A DNA stretch of 15,540 nt, taken from Promethearchaeota archaeon (GTDB lineage: Archaea; Asgardarchaeota; Lokiarchaeia; Sigyniarchaeales; SOKP01). The notes beneath the pieces were generated by a model. That model saw only the letters and a list, made by a program, of their open reading frames with translations, did not search any database and was not told where the DNA came from. Numbering within the stretch: position 1 is the first letter of the stretch; each line of letters opens with the position of its first letter. The translations under genes were made by a program, and so were the position numbers. Shown here one piece after another: positions 7,541 to 14,492 of this stretch. The stretch lies in contig JAGXNO010000064.1 in the NCBI GenBank assembly GCA_019894975.1, forward strand, positions 1 through 15,540, written 5' to 3'.

Positions 7541-8272
7541 ATGGTAAATCCTTTAGAAAATCCTATGAGAATAATCACAATTTATGTTGCTCAAGGACTT
7601 GTTGTTGCTTGGTTTGCATATCTAGCGTATAAAATTTTGAAGAGAGATAGGAAGAGATTAAATGCAATATTTGCCGGATTTTATATTTCAGCGGTAATTG
7701 GTCTTATTTTTAACTTTATATATGGACCTATTTCCCATGAAGGTGTTATCTTAACTTTAAGTTATTTAACCTATTTTGGTGTTTTTTTCTCACCAATTTT
7801 TCTTGTAGTTTTTGATCTAATATTGTTAAAATCTGAAAAAGTCATAACTCCATTAAAACAGATGATTTTGTTTATAAGTTTCGGCATTTTTATGTTCTGT
7901 CTGATCTTTTTTATCATTACTCCGGAATGGGGTGTAACCCTTAATGAATCTACAGGTTGGTCTCCAGTGTGGCATTTACCCTTCTTTCTTTATTTAGCAA
8001 TAGGTGAAGCTATATTTGTTCTAATTCCAATATTCTATCTTTCATTTCAAATTTATAATAAATTTGAGGATGAGCAATTAAAGCAGAAATGGAAATTTTT
8101 TATATATGGCTATAGTGCATTAATCATTTTCATGTATGGAATCATGATTTCAAATTTCTTAGCTTCCTTTGATATTAATGTTAGAACTGTAATGGGGATA
8201 ATAGGACTTCTTTCAGGTATTAGCGGAGGATATTTGATGTATATTGGAGTAGGACGCCAACTTGAGAAATAG
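7541..8272 (+). CDS. Stand-alone 7TM membrane protein (HisKA_7TM-like), tandem paralog B
   Basis: 243 aa. It aligns end to end with 6691-7383: IY..QG, LKR.RKR.N, FY.S..IG...N.IY, G....E.T.W.P.W, LK.KWK.F..G, YL.Y.GVGRQL. Confidence 0.85.
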   Translation: MVNPLENPMRIITIYVAQGLVVAWFAYLAYKILKRDRKRLNAIFAGFYISAVIGLIFNFIYGPISHEGVILTLSYLTYFGVFFSPIFLVVFDLILLKSEKVITPLKQMILFISFGIFMFCLIFFIITPEWGVTLNESTGWSPVWHLPFFLYLAIGEAIFVLIPIFYLSFQIYNKFEDEQLKQKWKFFIYGYSALIIFMYGIMISNFLASFDINVRTVMGIIGLLSGISGGYLMYIGVGRQLEK

Positions 8273-8282
8273 ATTTTAATTA

Positions 8283-8301
8283 TTTTTATTTTATTTTTTT
8301 T
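8283..8301 (+). terminator. Oligo-T terminator candidate
   Basis: TTTTTATTTTATTTTTTTT 10 nt after the stop at 8272. Confidence 0.45.
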
Positions 8302-8438
8302 AAACTTAAATTTTATTTTTACTAATTAACATTATATTATATAAAAAAGTTGGATTTATAGAAAAAAAACAATATTTTAAGAGAATTTATTGAAAACCTA
8401 TAAGTAATACCTTTTAAACCTTTAATAGTGTGTCATTT

Positions 8439-8786
8439 ATGATAGATGAATTGGTCCGTGTGAGGGGGATTGGCCCAACAGCTGCAGAACGTTTGATAAA
8501 TGCAGGTATTAAATCTATTGATGAGATTGCAAATTCTAAAGCAGAAGAATTAGCATGGATTAAAGGTATTGGTATGCTTTCAGCAAAGAAAATAATTGAA
8601 AATGCCTTAGAATTAATAAATTTAGAAAAGGGAATCCAAAAGGTTTTAAACTCTATTAAAGAAAACTTCCTAAAAAGTTGCCCAAAATGTGGCGGTGATA
8701 TGACTGAAAGGCTCATTATTCTCGGTCCAGAGAGAAGGTTAAGAGCAAATCAATGTAATCTTTGCAAGTTTTATTTACCTAAATAA
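8439..8786 (+). CDS. Helix-hairpin-helix (HHH_5, RadA N-terminal-like) protein with C-terminal zinc ribbon
   Basis: Two HhH motifs, 'VRGIGPTAAERL' and 'IKGIGMLSAKKI', are followed by CPKCGG...CNLC. ATG 8439 is preferred and GTG 8430 is possible. Confidence 0.87.
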   Translation: MIDELVRVRGIGPTAAERLINAGIKSIDEIANSKAEELAWIKGIGMLSAKKIIENALELINLEKGIQKVLNSIKENFLKSCPKCGGDMTERLIILGPERRLRANQCNLCKFYLPK

Positions 8787-8822
8787 ACCATCAATTTAGT
8801 CGTTGTCCGTAATTTTTATGAT

Positions 8823-9788
8823 TCATAACAGAAAAGAAAAAAGCATTATATAAGATAGAAGATAAAGGGAGATGAAAAATATTCCTGCCTTTTTGTCTAC
8901 TTTTTTCCTTATAGCAATTATTATGAAAACCATAACACTAGCAACTAATGTATATAAAACTGTAGGGATTGCAAACGCAGCTGTTATATAATTAGGATTT
9001 TGATTAAATACAACATGTCCAATACCGATAGAAAGTGTTGAATCTACTATACATGAGCCAACAATATCCCCTATAGCGATTTGATGATGTCCCAATCTTA
9101 ATGCATTAATATCAACCGCTAACTCAGGGAGCGATGTACCGATTGCAACTATAAAGAAACTTAAAATATATTCATGAACATTTAACGTACTTGATATATA
9201 TATAACAGATTCAACAATCATGAAAGATGCTAATGTTACTCCTCCAAATCCTAAGAGTGCGATGAGAAGGTGAGTCTTTTTACTTTTAGGTGTTTCTATT
9301 TTTTCAATCGTTTCCATTCTTTGTAAAATACTCTCTTTATTAGCATTAAAGATTAGCCATATATAAATTCCTAAACACCCGACCAATAAGATCCCATCTA
9401 ATCTAGTAACATAACCTTTCTCAATAATCGTAAATATTAGTATTAATGACAATATTTCGCATGCTCCTAAAATAATTATATCTTTTCTATGAACATAAAT
9501 CACCCCTGTGACTAATGGTAAAATTCCAAATATCAAGGTAAGTTGTGTCAAATCTGAACCTACAGAATCCCCAATATCAATATCGGCATGTCCTAATGCA
9601 CAAGATACGAGTGAATTAAAGATTTCTGAAATATCCGTTCCTATAGAAACTAAAGTTACTCCAATTATTAAAGGTGAAATTCCCAATGCTGCCGCAAGAA
9701 TAGCAGAATGTTTTACAGCCTTTATACTAGAAAAAATGATAAGTGATATTCCAACAATAAGAATAAATACTGCTAATAATAGGTTCAT
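8823..9788 (-). CDS. Sodium:calcium (Ca2+/cation, CaCA) antiporter, YrbG/NCX_Mj-like
   Basis: 321 aa with about 10 TM in two repeats. Alpha-1 is 'SIGTDISE...GDSVGSD' and alpha-2 is 'AIGTSLPE...GDIVGSC'. Confidence 0.93.
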   Translation of the reverse strand: MNLLLAVFILIVGISLIIFSSIKAVKHSAILAAALGISPLIIGVTLVSIGTDISEIFNSLVSCALGHADIDIGDSVGSDLTQLTLIFGILPLVTGVIYVHRKDIIILGACEILSLILIFTIIEKGYVTRLDGILLVGCLGIYIWLIFNANKESILQRMETIEKIETPKSKKTHLLIALLGFGGVTLASFMIVESVIYISSTLNVHEYILSFFIVAIGTSLPELAVDINALRLGHHQIAIGDIVGSCIVDSTLSIGIGHVVFNQNPNYITAAFAIPTVLYTLVASVMVFIIIAIRKKVDKKAGIFFISLYLLSYIMLFSFLL

Positions 9789-9887
9789 AGGTTTTGGATT
9801 AAGAGATTTTTATTATCGGAGCTTATTGTCTTAATTAAAATGGAAAGTTATTTTTAAGGTGTTAAAATTACTCAATTAAATAATACT

Positions 9888-9906
9888 GTTTAATAACTTA
9901 TTAAAC
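9888..9906. promoter_or_regulatory. Perfect palindrome, candidate operator
   Basis: GTTTAATAA-C-TTATTAAAC (9-bp arms) lies in the divergent CaCA/RHH intergenic region. Its function is inferred. Confidence 0.4.
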
Positions 9907-9967
9907 TAATAACGTTTGTGATTATTCCTAACTCCATATCTATTAGATATTTTTTCACATATAAAGC

Positions 9968-10006
9968 TATCCATTTTTTGTCCAAATTTATCCATGATAA
10001 ATCCAT
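9968..10006 (+). promoter_or_regulatory. Four helically phased TCCA(T/A) boxes downstream of a TATA box, candidate RHH autoregulatory operator
   Basis: TATCCAT, TGTCCAA, TATCCAT, AATCCAT, with TCCA starting at 9970, 9981, 9991 and 10002 (11/10/11 nt). TATAAA lies at 9960-9965. Confidence 0.55.
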
Positions 10007-10048
10007 AAATCGAAAATTTATTATACTAATTCTTCAAAAAGATAACTT

Positions 10049-10207
10049 ATGGTCGAACATAAAGAGTTTCATATTTCCCTTGAGATAGATGTTTTTGATA
10101 AACTAGAGATGATAAAAGAATATCATGGAATTAAAAACGTTACTGAAATTGTAAGATTTTTAATTACTAAAGAGTATAGGGAAATAAAAAAATCTGAGCA
10201 AATTTAA
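10049..10207 (+). CDS. Small ribbon-helix-helix (CopG/Arc/MetJ-like) DNA-binding protein
   Basis: Below the ORF-track cutoff. MVEHKEFHISLEIDVFDKLEMIKEYHGIKNVTEIVRFLITKEYREIKKSEQI (52 aa) shows an alternating beta strand (FHISL), helix A, a G-x-x-N-x-T-E turn and helix B 'EIVRFLI'. Confidence 0.8.
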   Translation: MVEHKEFHISLEIDVFDKLEMIKEYHGIKNVTEIVRFLITKEYREIKKSEQI

Positions 10208-10342
10208 TTTATTTTTATCGAAGCCCATCCACACTGAACAAGAGATTCATTCTTCTTAACTAAATCTATAGCTGTAGTTACTTAGTTTTGATTTTCTTTA
10301 TCTCTTAATATATTCTTAGCTAAATTATAGTTTTTGAGTAGA

Positions 10343-12862
10343 CTAAATAATAAAAAAGAAAGCCCATAATGGGGTTAAAAATGATAATGATATAATTATG
10401 CTAAAAACAAATGAAGATAATAAGGAATTAGTTTTTGTTGTTACATATGCATTAACAAAACCAATTAGAATAAACATTACAACGCTTAGAATTGGGGATC
10501 TCATTATAAAACTAATCCATAGCCAATAAATTATAGTGTTCAAAAATATTGCTGCACTTCTAGAATATCTGTTTAGAAGTAGTCTTAGAATTATACCTCT
10601 AAATAATACCTCCAGCCAAAAGAAAAATGTTAAGACAGTTAAAAACATGAGGACGTAATTAAAATCAAAATATAACTTGATAATATGTATTGGGATTACC
10701 TTAGAATATGAAAGGATAAAATCTATGAATAAAATAGAAAGACATATAGCAACACCCCATATAATACCTTTAATTAATGAAGGAAGCCAACCTAATCCTA
10801 TATTAATAAGATAATCTCTTATTGATTGTCTTCCATAGGGTACTCCCAAGATTATGGGAACAATTACAAGTAGGAGGGAAGCAAAAACTAAATTAGTATA
10901 AACCAGTTGTAAACTATTCTGCAAATATCCGTAAAAGAAAGGCACGTCACCTAAATAAAATGTAGAAGATGTCATCATAATGTTGGTGTTTATTTGGAAA
11001 AAACAGAAATATAATAGTAATAAGAGAAAAATAGAGCCCCAAGTTTGAGATGTTAATATTGTAGGAGTATGAATTACAAGTGGTTTGATCTTTTTTTCTT
11101 TATAAATCATTTTTTCTTTGTCAAAAACCACCTTAAATGATTTCGAAACTGTAGAAAACATCCTACCATAAATAACTTTTACAATGATAAGTCCTATAGA
11201 TCCTACGAGAACCATATATACGACCATTCCTGTAAAATTTCTGTACAGGAAAAATATAAAAAGAAATGAAATTATCCAAAAACTAAGAATATATTGTATA
11301 CAAATTAACAGTGTCCATTTGAATAATTTATTTTCAGGTTTTACTTCTTTGAGAACATAACGATCACTTATTTTACCAAATAAACTGATTTTTAACTCAA
11401 AGATAATCATTAGAAATAACCATATAAATGGTAAGGCTGCGAATGTTGCTAAGAATAATCCTGAAGAGTTGGGATCATTTATGAACATCAAATTCGGCAA
11501 AAATGCGGCTATAGTCTGAATTGTAAAAATAAGAAAAAGTTTTGTTTTAGCTTGTTCCCGGGGAATGATAGGTAAAGCTGTAAGAACGGATTGACCAGAA
11601 TCTTCAAGGCTAAGAATACTGTAAATAAGCATTGCTGAAAGAATTGGGTGGAAAATTAACATCCCTATTAAATTAGTATAAACTACACTTACTATATGTA
11701 TCTCCTGTCCAATACTTCCAAGATTGAAATAAAATATATAAATAAACGATAATATAACAGAAGTTACAATTGCTAGAAATGTCTTTAGATCATGAGATAT
11801 TAAAACTAGATCCTTGCGTAGGTAAGCTTTTACAGGAGAAAGTGATTTAATCTTAACCTCTACCTCTTTTTCGCTTTTCTTACTTTTTTCTTTAGGGTTA
11901 CGGAATTTGGAGAACGTCAATTTTTCAAGTTGTTGTAAGGCTTTTGTAAAAAGACCCCAAGTTAATACAAAAAATATTATAAGTCCAATGATGGAACTAA
12001 ACCACAACTCTAATGGAGTTCTATCAGAAACGATTAGATTTAGAATTAAGTAACTCTGATTGAAAGGGTAAGGGATACTGCTGAGGAAAATATTTGTCAT
12101 TTCTGGATTTTGAATGTTTAAAAACAAGCGAAAAAAGACATCAATTGAACTAAACGCCCATTGAATTAAATACATGCTTCCAAGAGTGATAATTATATAA
12201 CTGATTATATTAAATAATCGAATCGTATAGGACCGCCTTGAATTTATTTCATTCACATCTAGTACTCGATTAACTCTACCTCCAACTAGAATAAGTATGT
12301 TAAGAGAAAATAATACATTTAGTATTGAAATTCCAATGCTAATTAAAAAAATAAAAACATTTGATGTTCCGATAAGTAACACTATTGGGAAAGCCATGAT
12401 TATTACAATAATAGGAAGATCAAAGCTACGAAAAATAGTTAGAAATACTATTTTCTTTAATTTTTCTCTATTTATTGGCAAAGTTTCAAACCATTCAAAA
12501 ATCCTGCCGGACATTATCATACCAGTTTCTAACATTCCCATTAAGAAGAAATTAAAAAACTGGAGCAGAAAAAATAAGCTAAAATATAAACTACCATGAA
12601 ATATGATTATTTCTACTGAAATTAAACTATTTATTAGAAAATCAGCAATTTGAAAATATCCTAAAAGAGGAATTATCGGTAGAATACCAAAAATAACCGC
12701 ATAAAAAATCTTCATACGAATGATTTTTAAAGTCATGGACCTTTTTCGTTTCTTGTTTTTTTCCCAAGACCCTAATTGATTTGTTAAAACAAGACCATCT
12801 ATCAAAAGTTCATGGTTAGTGTATTTTGCGATATAATATAGAGCTAATTTTTCACTTCTCAT
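10343..12862 (-). CDS. Large polytopic membrane protein: putative ABC-exporter permease-like region fused to a degenerate CPBP (CAAX protease/Abi) domain
   Basis: 839 aa. Two permease-like halves carry 'FETLPI' and 'LTALPI', plus 'AYLRKDLVLISHD'. The C-terminal region has 'WLEVLFRGII' and 'AYVTTKTNSLL', which are CPBP-like. Confidence 0.75.
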   Translation of the reverse strand: MRSEKLALYYIAKYTNHELLIDGLVLTNQLGSWEKNKKRKRSMTLKIIRMKIFYAVIFGILPIIPLLGYFQIADFLINSLISVEIIIFHGSLYFSLFFLLQFFNFFLMGMLETGMIMSGRIFEWFETLPINREKLKKIVFLTIFRSFDLPIIVIIMAFPIVLLIGTSNVFIFLISIGISILNVLFSLNILILVGGRVNRVLDVNEINSRRSYTIRLFNIISYIIITLGSMYLIQWAFSSIDVFFRLFLNIQNPEMTNIFLSSIPYPFNQSYLILNLIVSDRTPLELWFSSIIGLIIFFVLTWGLFTKALQQLEKLTFSKFRNPKEKSKKSEKEVEVKIKSLSPVKAYLRKDLVLISHDLKTFLAIVTSVILSFIYIFYFNLGSIGQEIHIVSVVYTNLIGMLIFHPILSAMLIYSILSLEDSGQSVLTALPIIPREQAKTKLFLIFTIQTIAAFLPNLMFINDPNSSGLFLATFAALPFIWLFLMIIFELKISLFGKISDRYVLKEVKPENKLFKWTLLICIQYILSFWIISFLFIFFLYRNFTGMVVYMVLVGSIGLIIVKVIYGRMFSTVSKSFKVVFDKEKMIYKEKKIKPLVIHTPTILTSQTWGSIFLLLLLYFCFFQINTNIMMTSSTFYLGDVPFFYGYLQNSLQLVYTNLVFASLLLVIVPIILGVPYGRQSIRDYLINIGLGWLPSLIKGIIWGVAICLSILFIDFILSYSKVIPIHIIKLYFDFNYVLMFLTVLTFFFWLEVLFRGIILRLLLNRYSRSAAIFLNTIIYWLWISFIMRSPILSVVMFILIGFVNAYVTTKTNSLLSSFVFSIIISLSFLTPLWAFFFII

Positions 12863-13143
12863 TTGGATTTTTATATTTGGATTTTAGAGAATTCTATTAA
12901 ATTTCAATATAGTAAATATTCGTATTAAAGAATTCTATTTAAGATCACATAATTAACGCTCTAGAATTTAAATGTTACATCACCAATTTAGATTATTCAG
13001 AAAATCTTAAAATAAGAATTATTTATAAAAGATTGTTTATGGGTTTAAACCTTTATTTACCATTTATTTTAGGATAATCTAAATAATTTAATAGTAAGTA
13101 TATCTTCAATAGGATATTATATTTAAAGTAATAATTTCTGTAT

Positions 13144-14415
13144 GTGATTCCTTTGTCATCTGAATTTGATAAAAATCTAGAGAAATATGCGGAATTAATT
13201 ATTAAAGTCGGGCTTAATTTGCAAGAAGGGCAACGCTTATTAATTGGCACTCCAGCAATAGGAAGAAATGGTGTTTCACTTGAACTAGCACCATTGGTAA
13301 GATTAATTGTGAAGAAAGCATACCAGAATGGTGCTAGGCTTGTTGAAGTAATGTGGGAAGATGATCAAACTCGTCTTTTTCGATATCAGTATGCTCCGAA
13401 AGACTCTTTTGAAGAATATCCAACTTGGAGAACTGAAGGTGCATTTAATTTTGCTGAAAAAAGCGATGCCATGCTTTTTATTGCATCACGAGATCCCGAT
13501 TTACTCTCAGAAATCGATTCTAATTTAATACTAACATCTACAAAAAGTTATTTAAATCATATGAAACCTGCAAATGATATACGTAGAAAAGGACTTGTTA
13601 ATTGGTCAGCAATTGCTGCTCCTCTTGATCGCTGGGCTGATAAGATTTTTCCTGAGATTCCTCAAGATGAACGAAAGGCAAGATTTTGGGATGTAATCTT
13701 TGAGATCTGTCGTGTTACGCAAGCTGATCCTGTTGCAGCATGGAAAAAGCATATCAATCGGTTAGTCACCAGGGCTTCTTATCTCAATAACAAACAGTAT
13801 ACTGCTCTTCATTTCATAGCTGAGGGAACGGATTTAACCATAGGATTGCCCAAAGCACATATTTGGAAAAGTGCTCATTTCACTACTCAAATGGGATTTA
13901 GCAATGTTGTCAATATCCCAACAGAGGAAATTTTTACAACACCTGATAAAGGCACGACTGAAGGAATGGTTTCAGCAACTAAGCCTCTCGTTACAGCCGT
14001 TACAATCGAGAACCTAGTTTTGACCTTTTCTAAAGGAAAAGTGGTAGATGTTTCTGCAAGCAAAGGTGAGGAATTTATACGCAACTATATTAAAACTGAT
14101 GAAGGTGCATCAAGATTGGGTGAAGTGTCGTTTGTTCCTCACAGTTCTCCTATTTCTCAGTCTGGTCTTCTTTTTTATAATATTCTCATAGATGAAAATG
14201 CATCTTGCCATATAGCTTTAGGTAGTGGTATAAAAACTTGTATAGAAAACGGAGTTAACATGTCTGATGATGAATTTTCTGCTGCAGGGGGTAATTCGAG
14301 TATGTTACACGTAGATTTCATGATAGGATCAGAAAAAATGGATGTTGATGGGATTATGGAAGATGGTACAACTGAACCTATCATGCGAAATGGAGAATGG
14401 GCTTCTAAGGTATGA
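13144..14415 (+). CDS. Aminopeptidase, peptidase family M29 (aminopeptidase T/II, AmpS-like)
   Basis: 423 aa with a GTG start. Motifs are 'LEKYAELIIKVGLNLQEGQ', 'NIPTEEIFTTP', 'RLGEV', 'DENASCHIALG' and 'NSSMLHVDFMIG'. Confidence 0.95.
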   Translation: MIPLSSEFDKNLEKYAELIIKVGLNLQEGQRLLIGTPAIGRNGVSLELAPLVRLIVKKAYQNGARLVEVMWEDDQTRLFRYQYAPKDSFEEYPTWRTEGAFNFAEKSDAMLFIASRDPDLLSEIDSNLILTSTKSYLNHMKPANDIRRKGLVNWSAIAAPLDRWADKIFPEIPQDERKARFWDVIFEICRVTQADPVAAWKKHINRLVTRASYLNNKQYTALHFIAEGTDLTIGLPKAHIWKSAHFTTQMGFSNVVNIPTEEIFTTPDKGTTEGMVSATKPLVTAVTIENLVLTFSKGKVVDVSASKGEEFIRNYIKTDEGASRLGEVSFVPHSSPISQSGLLFYNILIDENASCHIALGSGIKTCIENGVNMSDDEFSAAGGNSSMLHVDFMIGSEKMDVDGIMEDGTTEPIMRNGEWASKV

Positions 14416-14492
14416 ATAGCAAAAACGGAGATATTTAAATATTATTGCTGGTTAAGTTTAACTTAGGTTGAAAAACCTAAAGTGGTGAAATC

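Noticed and set aside
3765-8272. Calling the 7TM proteins rhodopsins or true GPCRs
   Set aside because: There is no TM7 retinal-binding Lys and no DRY or NPxxY motif. Only the topology is similar.
8414-9834. ORFs 8414-8716 (-) and 9508-9834 (+)
   Set aside because: Antisense shadows of the HhH and CaCA genes.
10204-10281. Minus-strand open stretch VTTAIDLVKKNESLVQCGWASIKIN, a possible gene relic or lost toxin
   Set aside because: Only 25 codons, no start codon and no recognisable homology, so a pseudogene call is unsupported.
12297-14384. ORFs 12297-12599, 13053-13250, 13887-14084 and 14175-14384
   Set aside because: Antisense to the 839-aa or aminopeptidase genes. The 'CPSC' in 13053-13250 has no second Cys pair.
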